Below the pieces are notes generated by a model. It was not told the origin of the DNA. It did not search any database and saw nothing but the letters and a program-made list of their open reading frames with translations. From positions 62,001-120,546 of the IMG/VR virus record IMGVR_UViG_3300013232_000003: a DNA stretch of 58,546 bases, one strand, 5' to 3'. Source of the stretch: an uncultured virus (IMG/VR IMGVR_UViG_3300013232_000003). Its lineage: Duplodnaviria; Heunggongvirae; Uroviricota; Caudoviricetes. Positions 26,816 to 36,892 of the stretch are shown here, in pieces; position 1 is the stretch's first letter; the number at the start of each line of letters is the position of its first letter. A program made the position numbers and the translations under genes.

Positions 26816-28600
26816 TTAAGTATAGCGCAGAGCGTCGGATAGCGTGAGCGTATTGGCCACCTTGTGGGTGTTGGGAATGATCGGGTCTGACACAACAGAA
26901 CCGCTCCCAGTTCCGATGCTGTTCGTGGCAGTGACGATGAAGAAGTACTCAACCCCTTGTGCGAGCCCGGAGATCACCAAGGGGCTCGAAGCTCCAGTTG
27001 CCGTAAACGCGGTTCCGATAGCTTTCACGGAGTAGCTGGTTACGACATCCCCACCGTTGTACGTCGGGGCATCGAAAGCCACAGACACCGACGTCTTGGA
27101 CGGAGTGCAAACCACATTCTTTGGCGGGCCTGGAAACGTGGGTTCCACGAACCCGTGGCTCAACTGGTTCAACACAGCAATATCGAAATGAGCAGTCACT
27201 TCCCCAAGCCCGTACTTGTTGAAGGAGACCAAGTAGGCCCCAGTGTACCCAGCTCCATACGTGTCATACCCGGTAAGCTCTTTATCTAGCCCAGTAGCTC
27301 GAAGAATATGGCACGTTCCGTACCCAGAGTAGGCGTTATAGTAGTCGTCGTACTCCATCAAGTCTTCAATGGCGAAAGAAGCAAACGCGAAGGCGCGTCC
27401 GGGACTATGGAGGTACCCCAGGTCTATCATGAGAGTATAACCAAGCACCGGGGATATATCCGTATCATCGATACCTTGCCCAAAGCACAAGTTCACACAG
27501 TTCAAACTACCGGTAGTCCTATTACTGTCAGGCCCAGTCCACGACTCCAGCGCAAAGTATGGATCGTCCCAAACCTTGGACGGAGGCAATGGAGTCCTGC
27601 GCTTATAGGTAGTGAAAAACACAGGCTCAGACTCAGGCCCTTCCCCGGTCGCGTTAGTAGCACTAACCGTGATCTTGTACAGCACGCCATCTACTAGTTT
27701 GGCGGTGTTGGAAAACTCGTCGACCGAAAACGTATTGACCCCTACGCTTGGGGAGACTTCCCACTTTACAGCCTCATACCCATAGATACAGATCTGCGGG
27801 CGAGCGTAGATGGTGTACTTCTTTGGAGTGTCCGAAATGGGAGGGTACCACACCATCCAAAATCCCCCCGATGAGCCATTGGCCGTGACGCCAACATCGT
27901 ATGGAGCGAGAGGAAGCCCTACCCACGGGGCTGGAGTAGCTGAGGCAGTAGGATCAGACCACACCCCATATCCAGTGCCACCGGCAGGATATGGTACTGG
28001 ATTGTGCCACAACCACCTACCATCCTGTCCGTAAGTTTCGGTGTGAGCAGATATCTGAAAGGTATAGTCCACCCCGTTAGTGAGAAAGGTCATCCGTAGT
28101 GGGGACTTCGTGCTTCTGCACCAGTAGTAGTACTTCCCCGAGCTTTGGGAATACACCTTGCCAACATAGAAATCGATTGGATAATGCCCAGGATTCTCAG
28201 GTGGCAGAAACTCTACGAGCGCCGACTTATCATAGGCCGTTACTCGCGTGATGATGGGAGGCCCGGCCAGCAAGGACTTGTCACTCGTGGCGAAGTCACG
28301 GATAGTCAGTTCATCGGCGAAGTCTGAGTCCGATACCTGCTTGAACCGGGCCTCGATGTAGTCGGTCATCGAGAGTTGCTCTGACACTTGCACCTTGTAC
28401 TCGACGTCGACCGTGATGTATTCAGTCGGGGTGGACTCCTCGCTCTCTCCCGCGGAGTTCTCAGCCTTGGCCACGAAGTAGTAGTTCTTACCCACCTGAA
28501 GCCCGTCTACCGTGACGGTCTTCTTCTCAGACACGGCTTCCTTGTTCTCCGCGGCCTGCCCACCAACGACGATCGCCTTTACTCTATAGGTAGTACTCAT
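26816..28600 (-). CDS. fibronectin type III repeat tail protein
   Basis: Several FN3 motifs (GL..GV.Y.F.V.A.N..G.G..S); starts with a half FN3 domain. Confidence 0.8.
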   Translation of the reverse strand: MSTTYRVKAIVVGGQAAENKEAVSEKKTVTVDGLQVGKNYYFVAKAENSAGESEESTPTEYITVDVEYKVQVSEQLSMTDYIEARFKQVSDSDFADELTIRDFATSDKSLLAGPPIITRVTAYDKSALVEFLPPENPGHYPIDFYVGKVYSQSSGKYYYWCRSTKSPLRMTFLTNGVDYTFQISAHTETYGQDGRWLWHNPVPYPAGGTGYGVWSDPTASATPAPWVGLPLAPYDVGVTANGSSGGFWMVWYPPISDTPKKYTIYARPQICIYGYEAVKWEVSPSVGVNTFSVDEFSNTAKLVDGVLYKITVSATNATGEGPESEPVFFTTYKRRTPLPPSKVWDDPYFALESWTGPDSNRTTGSLNCVNLCFGQGIDDTDISPVLGYTLMIDLGYLHSPGRAFAFASFAIEDLMEYDDYYNAYSGYGTCHILRATGLDKELTGYDTYGAGYTGAYLVSFNKYGLGEVTAHFDIAVLNQLSHGFVEPTFPGPPKNVVCTPSKTSVSVAFDAPTYNGGDVVTSYSVKAIGTAFTATGASSPLVISGLAQGVEYFFIVTATNSIGTGSGSVVSDPIIPNTHKVANTLTLSDALRYT

Positions 28601-31600
28601 ACCAGTGTCACCGTGGCCCTTCCATCTCCAGCAACAACGTCCACGATCTCCGGGGCGTCAGGGACGTATTCAGTTCCAGCGCCCTCGGTTGAATCCGAGT
28701 ACCGATAGATGACTCGCAATGTACCACTCTTGGTGCAGGTGAGAACCCCGCCTACCACCGCGGCGAGCTGGGACACGATGTCTACCGGCTCTGTGGTCTC
28801 TACGTCGAGGTTGGAGCCCAACACCTTGAAGTCCGCGACCTCCCAACTCAACGTCACACTCTTGGCGTCACAGAGCTCTTGGGCGATGGCCTTGGCAGTC
28901 GTATCCGTAGTCCACTCCTTAGTGATGGGCTTGGCATACGGCAGGGACAACCTAGCTGGACGGTTCCTTCCCCACGAGGAGAGGGAAACTTTATCGTAGG
29001 TCACGGTGTAGTCCCGCTTCTCCAGGAAGAACTTGCCCTGGAGTTTCCACGACGTGGCCCCTTTGATGCGGGTGTACACCGCGAATCTCTCGATCTCGAA
29101 GTTGCGAGAGATGTCTGAACAATCCACCGAATCGTAGAGCGAGGTGCCATCTCTCCACTCGTCGTATCCTACCCAATCGATATCGACCTCCGCGCAGAAG
29201 CTGTCCAGGCTGTACGTGATGGTGCAGCTTGCCACCTTCTGGGTACAGTCGTACCCATCGAGGGTCATCTGGTACTCCATGTCGATGACCGTAGTGTCTA
29301 GGCTCTCTTCCAAGTTGAACTGAAGCGTCTTGGCAGTAAACAGCCTCGTGTACTCCACGAGACTATAACGAGCGTCGAAGGACAGGAAGGCTGTCTCCCG
29401 AAGCGTGTTCTCCAGCCTCAACGCGGTTCCGTACCTATTCGTAAACATGAATATGGACCGCATCAAGCTGAAGTTGATGGCCGTGCCCGTTGCGGCGTAC
29501 ACTCTAATGGGCTCCAGTTCCAGGAACAGGTTCTGGCTGATGTACACGGTGTCCTTGATCGTGTTCTGAATGTTAAAAGAGTTGTTCAGATCGTTGACCC
29601 GAATAATGTTGTTCCTGAGCTCTGGGTCCAAGAACACGGCCAGATAGTATTTGCTAAGCCCAGAGAACTCGCACTCGTCCGGATTCCGAGCAGTTAGCCT
29701 ATCACCAACTGCCAAGGCCTCCATGAAGCTCTTGTTGGCGACACTGTAATCCCAAGACACTGCGTCCGAAAGGATCAACGGCTCGGACATCGTGGAGTAC
29801 TTATCCAATTGCGGCGTTGCGTACGATCCCATGCTCATGGGCTCGATAAACGACCTACCAAACGTCTTGGAAGCGACGACATCATCAGACATCGACAACG
29901 AATTCCCAAACTTTGGATTGGATATGTGCTTCCTTGTCAGAGAGTCCGAGAAGTTGGAGAACAGCTCGAGGAATGGGAACTCCCGGGAGATGATCGGTGC
30001 AGGGGAGTTTACCTCCATTGCGTTGGTGCTCTTGCGCCCTAGCACAAGAGCCCGGTCTAGTTGATCGTTGACCGAAACCGACTCGGCTACCTTGCGGGAG
30101 AGCACCACCGAAGCAGACACGGTGTCGGATACCGTCAGGGTCTCGGAGGACGACCTACCGAAAACTACCGACCGATCGGTAAGCTCTCCGATCCCAAGGT
30201 GCATCACGAAGTCTTCAAGGTGGGAGGTGATCGGATCGTAGTAGTCCGATACCGTCAGGCTCTCCGTGATGTACTCAATGCGTGCGAACAAGTAGTCGAT
30301 GGCATCGGTGATGGACACCGACTCCGCGACAGCCTTGCTGCCCAAACGATCCCGCAGCAGCAGATCCGTAACCGAAATCGAACTTGCCAGCGTACGGTCG
30401 AGCGTGAAGGAACGGGCAACCGCGTCTGCTACGGACAGAGAGGAGCTGGCACGTCCGGTGATGTTTACGGACGGATCTTGAGCAGACGAAATTGAAATCG
30501 ATTCGACAATTCCATAGTCCCGCGTGATCTGTCTGCGGAGCTCATCAGTGACGGCCAGGGTCTCAGCTACCGTGCGCGAATACTCCTGGCCCACGAAGTC
30601 GGAGATCGTCAGGGACTCACTGATCGGACTGGCCGTGATGGTGTTCGCGGAAACCATCGTGTCCAGCAGCGTAAGAGCTTCGGCAACGATCGTCTCCCGG
30701 TGCCGGTGTAGTACATCGGAGATCTCGAGGGTGTAGTGGAATGGGGGGTGTGCCACGTTCCACGAAAGCTCTACCTTGCTATCGGATATAGTGATGGGGT
30801 TCGCGTGTTTGTGTGTATAGTTACGACCAACCCTCACGGTATCGGAAACGGATAACGTGTTGTCCGTAGGGAGGGCTCTGGTTCTCACGCTTGGGCGCTT
30901 GACGGTGGAGTTAAGCGTCAGGGATTCGGAGAATCCCTCGCCAAGGATTATGAAATATTGAACCTCGTCTCTCCAGTCATACGACTGGATGTGGTTGTAC
31001 TGGTGGACCCTCTGTTTTTGAAGGGTTGTGTCGGTTTCCCATGAAGGGGTTGGAACACCACTCACTCCACCCGTCCACCACCCATATTTTTTGCTGCGGG
31101 AAGACGGGGGAGCTTGCCCCCCAAACTGCTGGAATTTGAGAATGATCCACGCGATACCTGTGCCACCATGGGGATCATTTTGAACAAGGTAGCCACCACA
31201 ATCGCCATGACCACCATAACCGCATCCGTCATGAACCCGTTCGTAGGACGTGCCAGTAGCCGGGAACCCATCTTGATTGTAGGTCCAGAGAGAGCCACCA
31301 TTTCCGCTCTCGGCCCAAGCGAGACCTTCACTCTCGTAGTAGGGTCCGTTGCCAATGCCAGGGTCAATCCCAGCAAGCAATATCCCCGACATCGCGATCG
31401 CCCCGCCGTGCGTCCCATCACGTCCTGGATTTGCTAGTCCAGAACCAGAACCACCGTACCCGGGATCGAAGGTACCTCCTTCAACGAAGATGCCTGTTCC
31501 ACCGGTGTACGGGGGATCGTTCGGGGACGCGATTCTGCCCAGCCCGGCCATATAGCCTACGGCCAATCCTCCAGGGTTATTCTGTCCGACACCGCCGCCA

Positions 31601-33765
31601 CCGCCGCCTTGACCCCCGTTATTGCCTGGGATGGAGTCAGTACCAGCACCACCTCCTAGAGCATGAACTCCAATGACAATGGTGTCTTCACCGTTCCATC
31701 CGTAATTGAGGAACGCCCCCTGACCACTACCACGGCCACCACCCCCAACGGTGACCTCGTAGTACGTGTTCATCCTCACCAGCTTAGTGGTCTCACGGAC
31801 ATCACCACCACCGCCACCACCGCCAGCCGTTCCACCACCACCGCCCCCACCGCCGATCCCAAGTAGCGTGACGGTGACATAACCACATTTTCCAGCGCTG
31901 GGGGAGGCCGAAGGCTTCGAGGATTCCTCCCCGGCGTCTCCGTACATGGACATGGTTTCGGAGATCTTAGCGTTCCGAGTAGTACGATACCGAACCAAAG
32001 TGTCAGTGACAGTAAGGTCTTCCATGCAACTGGACCGGTTATGCACACGAGTCCAGTTGTCGTGAATATCCAATGGGTTGTGGAAGTGCCTATCCCAAGC
32101 CTTGTGGCAGGTTTCGGTCAACGTCATGGGGTTCATCAGCTTCTTGTTGAACTGACGAGTCCCCTTGGTAACGTCGCTGATCGTGATGGAGTTCGCGTGT
32201 ACCGGAGGTGACAGAACAAACCCGCGCTTCTGAATATCGCTCAGCACCAGTGCTGGGTTGTGGATGAAGTGCTTGACGTTGATCCCGCGGCGAACTACAT
32301 CCGCAGCCGTCAGGGTACTCGGAAATTTGCGGGTGATGTTTACATACTGAAGCTTGAGCCGATCTTCGAACACAAGCCGGGTCTGCTCCCGCAGCAGGGG
32401 CATATTGAGTAGGACCTTAGAGGTCTGGAATGCCTCCTGCTGGCCAAGCATCCAGTCTGCGTACTTCTTGATGTCGGTCTCTTTCCACGGTTGCTTGTAA
32501 ACGAAGATGTCGGAAATGCCACCGTTAATGCGGCCGCCAGTTGTCCCGTTTCTGTACCGACGAATGCCCCAATACGTCGCTGCCCCGGAGTTGTACGGTC
32601 CCATGGAACCAGAACCGACTAGCCTGCCGTTGACGAATATCTTTCGATTATTAGTGATCGGGCCAACGGTCAGACAAAGATGATGCCACTTGTTGGGGGT
32701 TACCACTCCTGGGATACTGACAATGTCGGTGTATCCCTGAGCGAAAACGGTAACGGACCCAGTGACAGGGTCGAAATACATTCCTTGAGCGTAGTTGGTG
32801 GTGGCGGAAGTATTCTCACACCAGAGATACCCAATAGTGGTCTGGGTATTGTCGTAGAACACCATCGCAGAAATCGTGAAGGAACTCATAGCCCCCAAGT
32901 TAGAAGGGGGAGATTCGAGCAGAGCGTACCCGTAGAATGTAGTAATGGGCTGTGGGGTCCGACCCATACTGGGGTACAAGTCAGTTACTCTCGATGGGGG
33001 ATACCCAAAGGGATAGCTGAGGTTGGCGGCTGTGATCTTATCTATGCACCCATCGCGTCCGGTCGGGATGTACACATGGCATTGAGCCGGGTCCAGGGCC
33101 AACAGCTCTCGAGGATCTCCCTTTCTGCCGTTGAAAGGGGTGACGGCCTCAAGAGTGCTGGTGCGGAAGAGCCTGGGTCTGTTACTTCTAACCGGTGCCG
33201 GAATGAACGTCGGCTTGTACCTGGACTGCGTGAACGTGGACCACTCGTAGTAGTTCCGAATCTCCTCCTGAGACAGAGGAGTTTTGAAGAGCCCGAAGTC
33301 CTCTACTTCTCCCAAGAACGGATTTGACGTAGCTCCGTTCCCGCGGAACACGCCGACTGAGGACTGGTTAAGCGTGAGGGTTCCAACGGTTGTCTCGTCG
33401 GAGAGAACGCGGATTCCATTGACGTAGACATGACGGAGAGCCTTGCTCTCCTGGACAACGACAGCTTGGTTCCACGTATCAAGTGGGAACGTGCCAGTAC
33501 CGCACGACATCGTGACCGCGGTGCTCGCGTCGTCCCGCAGTTTGAAGATCAACTGGCTGTTGGTCTTGTCAATCTCCAGTGAAAGGTACGGAGTACCGCT
33601 GTCGGACTTGCCTTCGCTGTACAGGCAAAGCGTGGCTTCCGAAGACGAACTGTCGGCCTTTGCAAATAGGCTGATGGAGAAGGCATCCAGATTGCCGATC
33701 TGGACTGAGTCTACCGAGATGAAGTCAGCGGCAGTTCCCCCAAAGCGAAACGAATTACCGCTCAT
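28597..33765 (-). CDS. large tail protein: LamG domains, Gly-rich domain, ~21-aa repeats, hub-like C-terminal region
   Basis: LamG motifs (WNQAVVV..YVNG, KWHHLCLT..FVNG), GGGGGGG..GGGGGG segment, E.L.VSD repeats. Confidence 0.8.
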   Translation of the reverse strand: MSGNSFRFGGTAADFISVDSVQIGNLDAFSISLFAKADSSSSEATLCLYSEGKSDSGTPYLSLEIDKTNSQLIFKLRDDASTAVTMSCGTGTFPLDTWNQAVVVQESKALRHVYVNGIRVLSDETTVGTLTLNQSSVGVFRGNGATSNPFLGEVEDFGLFKTPLSQEEIRNYYEWSTFTQSRYKPTFIPAPVRSNRPRLFRTSTLEAVTPFNGRKGDPRELLALDPAQCHVYIPTGRDGCIDKITAANLSYPFGYPPSRVTDLYPSMGRTPQPITTFYGYALLESPPSNLGAMSSFTISAMVFYDNTQTTIGYLWCENTSATTNYAQGMYFDPVTGSVTVFAQGYTDIVSIPGVVTPNKWHHLCLTVGPITNNRKIFVNGRLVGSGSMGPYNSGAATYWGIRRYRNGTTGGRINGGISDIFVYKQPWKETDIKKYADWMLGQQEAFQTSKVLLNMPLLREQTRLVFEDRLKLQYVNITRKFPSTLTAADVVRRGINVKHFIHNPALVLSDIQKRGFVLSPPVHANSITISDVTKGTRQFNKKLMNPMTLTETCHKAWDRHFHNPLDIHDNWTRVHNRSSCMEDLTVTDTLVRYRTTRNAKISETMSMYGDAGEESSKPSASPSAGKCGYVTVTLLGIGGGGGGGGTAGGGGGGGDVRETTKLVRMNTYYEVTVGGGGRGSGQGAFLNYGWNGEDTIVIGVHALGGGAGTDSIPGNNGGQGGGGGGVGQNNPGGLAVGYMAGLGRIASPNDPPYTGGTGIFVEGGTFDPGYGGSGSGLANPGRDGTHGGAIAMSGILLAGIDPGIGNGPYYESEGLAWAESGNGGSLWTYNQDGFPATGTSYERVHDGCGYGGHGDCGGYLVQNDPHGGTGIAWIILKFQQFGGQAPPSSRSKKYGWWTGGVSGVPTPSWETDTTLQKQRVHQYNHIQSYDWRDEVQYFIILGEGFSESLTLNSTVKRPSVRTRALPTDNTLSVSDTVRVGRNYTHKHANPITISDSKVELSWNVAHPPFHYTLEISDVLHRHRETIVAEALTLLDTMVSANTITASPISESLTISDFVGQEYSRTVAETLAVTDELRRQITRDYGIVESISISSAQDPSVNITGRASSSLSVADAVARSFTLDRTLASSISVTDLLLRDRLGSKAVAESVSITDAIDYLFARIEYITESLTVSDYYDPITSHLEDFVMHLGIGELTDRSVVFGRSSSETLTVSDTVSASVVLSRKVAESVSVNDQLDRALVLGRKSTNAMEVNSPAPIISREFPFLELFSNFSDSLTRKHISNPKFGNSLSMSDDVVASKTFGRSFIEPMSMGSYATPQLDKYSTMSEPLILSDAVSWDYSVANKSFMEALAVGDRLTARNPDECEFSGLSKYYLAVFLDPELRNNIIRVNDLNNSFNIQNTIKDTVYISQNLFLELEPIRVYAATGTAINFSLMRSIFMFTNRYGTALRLENTLRETAFLSFDARYSLVEYTRLFTAKTLQFNLEESLDTTVIDMEYQMTLDGYDCTQKVASCTITYSLDSFCAEVDIDWVGYDEWRDGTSLYDSVDCSDISRNFEIERFAVYTRIKGATSWKLQGKFFLEKRDYTVTYDKVSLSSWGRNRPARLSLPYAKPITKEWTTDTTAKAIAQELCDAKSVTLSWEVADFKVLGSNLDVETTEPVDIVSQLAAVVGGVLTCTKSGTLRVIYRYSDSTEGAGTEYVPDAPEIVDVVAGDGRATVTLV
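29700..30940 (-). repeat. ~21-aa degenerate protein repeats (xE[ST][LI][TS][VIL][ST]D)
   Basis: e.g. SESLTISD, AETLAVTD, AESVSITD, TESLTVSD, SETLTVSD, AESVSVND; second block near 31940-32370. Confidence 0.75.
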
Positions 33766-36458
33766 CTGCCCTTGCCTTTGTCCACCGCCCCGGAAATGGT
33801 TCCACTATTCCCCGCACCGCTTATGTCGAGCGGGGTTGTGCCTATAGGTTCGATACACGCGGCCATGCCTCGAGGACCGAAGAACTCCTTCAAGCTCCCC
33901 CGATCGACGGCGGGCCGGGTGCTGCCAAGGTTACGGAAGATCCCGCGGGGGCGGTAGGTTTTCCATGGGATCGTCAGCACCAACCTGTCGGTCACGATCT
34001 CCGTGGCCGATCTGTAGAACCCAATGATCTCCGCGATGGAGAAGGCTCTTGGGAATCGTGCGATGTCCTGGAGTGCTCCCTTGAAGGGCAGGGTGACGTC
34101 CCCGACCCCATCCCGGAAGGCCCCAATAGCGGATTGGTCACAGGTGAAGGTGCCGATGGTAGTGCTGTCCATATCGGAAAGCACTCCGTCGATGAAGATC
34201 GCCCTGCACGACTTCGAGTACTGGATACACACGAAGTGGAACCAGACGTTTGGCTTCGCCGTTGCGGTTGAAGTCAGGGTGAACGTGGACATGACATCAT
34301 CACGGAAGTTCCAACGCAGGGCTCCCGTGGCCGTCGAAATTGAAATCGATTGGAAAGGTGCCGTGTTCCCGTTGCGGGTCTCTGAGAGAATGGTTTGGTA
34401 TGTTTCCCCGCTGGTGTCGTCGTACTTCGCCCAACCCATGACGGTTCGTTCTTCCGAGTTCGGCAGATTGGATGCGTCTGGGAACGTGAGATAGTCAGCG
34501 GAGGTCCCACCAAATAGACACGCGGGACGATTCACTCCAGCAACGGGCGTCTGGCCAACCGTACCGACCACGGTGCCGTGGACCCCGTTTCCAGACTCAT
34601 CCTTCGCGAAGACGTTTCCGTAATAGTCAGACCCCACGCCATTCAAGCGGTGCAAGGTCAACGGACGGTTCTTGAAGTAGAACCCAACATCCTCTCTTGG
34701 GTAGAGCTTATGTGTCGCAGACTTCCTAGCCCTTATCATGATGGGCTTGTACCACGGGGAGTTCCTGTGGTAGTTGTCCGCGTAGAAGTTGCAGAACAAC
34801 CGCGGGGGATCTGCCTTCGGAATGCACGCCCATCTGTAGTAATCGAGTACCTCTTGAGCGAGCATACCTCTACGAAGCATCACAGCTTGCTGCATACTGC
34901 CCTTGAACGGATTTGCCCATCCACCGCTATAGGAGAGGTAGACTCCAAATAAACAGTAGTTGTAGCTCGAATACGCGTCGGCGGTGCTATCGGTATGGTC
35001 CACCAACTTCCCGTCGAGATAAAGATCAATCCAATTGGTGTTCCGGCGGGTGAAGACAACGTGGTGCCATCTGCCGAACTGAACGGAGCCAATCTGGGAG
35101 TACAGGTTGAAAGACAGATAGTTCACCCCGTTCGAGGCATACGCCCGAAGCCTCATGTTTGGAAGGTCTACATAGAGCCCCCCAGCCGAGTGCGATGGAT
35201 TATAGAACAACTCTTCGTAGATGAATGCTGGCCCAGCTACGGTGGCGTCCAGATTGAACCATATAGAAAAGGTGAAGTCAGACACGGCATGGTTAGCGAA
35301 AAGGCTAGTCGCTTGGACAATTGCCCGGGATATATAGTCGGCGGTTGTCCCACCAAACTTGAGCCCTCCGCCGAACTTTCCAGTGCCCTGAACCACGTTT
35401 CCAAACTTAGTCGCTACTTCACCCCCACCAGAGGTATACGTTGGCCCACCACCAAGATTATGAACGGTGGACCCAGCCAACGTCTGCATTGGGAGATAGG
35501 CCGCTAACCGCGACTGGCCTAGGAACGCCCGGTGGTCACTTCTATCCAACTGCAATGGACTAGTGCTACTCCTTCGGAACTGGGTGACCGGACGATTCTT
35601 GTACGTGTAGAGCAGGTCGACCGGGGTTGTCGCCTCAGTGAGTTTTCGACCACCAGATCCAAGAGGATCAATGCGATCGGACACCGTCATGAAGTTCAAG
35701 AACCCGCCGCCAAGCAGCCCACTGGCAGGTCCGATGTGGCTCTTCCAGGGCAGTGGCTCAGTGGACCACCTGTAGTACTCCCAGATTTCTTCCTGGGAGA
35801 AGGCCCGCTTGTAGACCCCGAACTCCTCGATCCGCCCCGTGAACTGATTTATCCCGGAGGTGTGCCATGCGAGGCCCATGTTCGAATAAGTGTTAGCTGT
35901 GGACAAAGTGGCAATCGTAATCAGGTTCGTGGCCTGATGAACGCCATCAATGTACAAATGCCGCTCCGACTTGGACACCTGAACCAGAGCCACATGATGC
36001 CACTGATCCATCTGGAGAGTTCCAGCGGGCGTCTCCACCGTCGCCTGAGTGGAAGACGAGTCAGTCATGTTTACTGCCAGTGCCCGGTTCGTCTGGTTCA
36101 CATAGAACTTGAGGTAGTTGGCAGTGGTACTACTCGTACCTTCCGAATAGATCATAGGAGCTGCCTGTGCCGTGATCTCAGGGTAGATCCAGGCAGAGAT
36201 AGTAAAGGCCACCTCGTTGGACATCTTGTAGGTGTTGAAGTAGATGTAGTTGTTCGAGGCCATGAATCGGTAGGCTGGACCTCCCCATCTACCTCGACTA
36301 GAGCCGAGAGTCCCGGAGACTACAGTGCCAGTGGCATTCCCACTAAGGTCGCGGACAGACTGGTTGAGAGGAAGCAGCAACGAGCACGTAGCTGTTCCAA
36401 AGAACTCCTTTAAGCTGCCCCGCCTTGCGGCGGGGCGCTTGAACTTGCGAACGTCCAC
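33762..36458 (-). CDS. LamG/concanavalin A-like repeat tail protein
   Basis: Three LamG domains (FTISAWI..QWHHVALV..LYIDG etc.) plus the start of a fourth at the C-terminus. Confidence 0.85.
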   Translation of the reverse strand: MDVRKFKRPAARRGSLKEFFGTATCSLLLPLNQSVRDLSGNATGTVVSGTLGSSRGRWGGPAYRFMASNNYIYFNTYKMSNEVAFTISAWIYPEITAQAAPMIYSEGTSSTTANYLKFYVNQTNRALAVNMTDSSSTQATVETPAGTLQMDQWHHVALVQVSKSERHLYIDGVHQATNLITIATLSTANTYSNMGLAWHTSGINQFTGRIEEFGVYKRAFSQEEIWEYYRWSTEPLPWKSHIGPASGLLGGGFLNFMTVSDRIDPLGSGGRKLTEATTPVDLLYTYKNRPVTQFRRSSTSPLQLDRSDHRAFLGQSRLAAYLPMQTLAGSTVHNLGGGPTYTSGGGEVATKFGNVVQGTGKFGGGLKFGGTTADYISRAIVQATSLFANHAVSDFTFSIWFNLDATVAGPAFIYEELFYNPSHSAGGLYVDLPNMRLRAYASNGVNYLSFNLYSQIGSVQFGRWHHVVFTRRNTNWIDLYLDGKLVDHTDSTADAYSSYNYCLFGVYLSYSGGWANPFKGSMQQAVMLRRGMLAQEVLDYYRWACIPKADPPRLFCNFYADNYHRNSPWYKPIMIRARKSATHKLYPREDVGFYFKNRPLTLHRLNGVGSDYYGNVFAKDESGNGVHGTVVGTVGQTPVAGVNRPACLFGGTSADYLTFPDASNLPNSEERTVMGWAKYDDTSGETYQTILSETRNGNTAPFQSISISTATGALRWNFRDDVMSTFTLTSTATAKPNVWFHFVCIQYSKSCRAIFIDGVLSDMDSTTIGTFTCDQSAIGAFRDGVGDVTLPFKGALQDIARFPRAFSIAEIIGFYRSATEIVTDRLVLTIPWKTYRPRGIFRNLGSTRPAVDRGSLKEFFGPRGMAACIEPIGTTPLDISGAGNSGTISGAVDKGKGR

Positions 36459-36461
36459 GGG

Positions 36462-36860
36462 TTAGAGCCCCGTGTAGTACACGCCTTGATACGACGCTGC
36501 TCCAACGTCGAGCACTGCCCCGGTGTTGTTCTTGACCATCAGCTTCCAACGGGCCGGAGGAATGAACCGGGCATGGTAGACCGGATTGTCCACCGACATG
36601 TCGATAGCTGGAAGGATGAGGTACGGGGTGGTCCAGACGCTGTAGTCCGTGCCGCCATCGATAGAGGCGACGATACGGGCGTCACACCACGCCGTGGCCG
36701 CGGCCGTACCCCCGACCTTGATCTCGATAACGACCTCGTCGTAGAGGTTGGTCGTGTTGTCGATTGCGTCACTGGTGGCCGTACCCGCGTTTGCGAGGGT
36801 TGCCAGACCTGTGATCGTAATCGTTTGTTCGGTTCCGAATGCCTGCCTAAAATCCGCCAT
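36462..36860 (-). CDS. virion structural protein
   Basis: AGGGGG RBS; beta-rich; in tail operon. Confidence 0.7.
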   Translation of the reverse strand: MADFRQAFGTEQTITITGLATLANAGTATSDAIDNTTNLYDEVVIEIKVGGTAAATAWCDARIVASIDGGTDYSVWTTPYLILPAIDMSVDNPVYHARFIPPARWKLMVKNNTGAVLDVGAASYQGVYYTGL

Positions 36861-36892
36861 AGTCGTTTACCCCCCTTCTACCTCACTGCGGC

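Noticed and set aside
31560..31860. CCA/CCG-rich tandem repeats
   Set aside because: Explained by poly-Gly codons of the Gly-rich domain in the tail protein.
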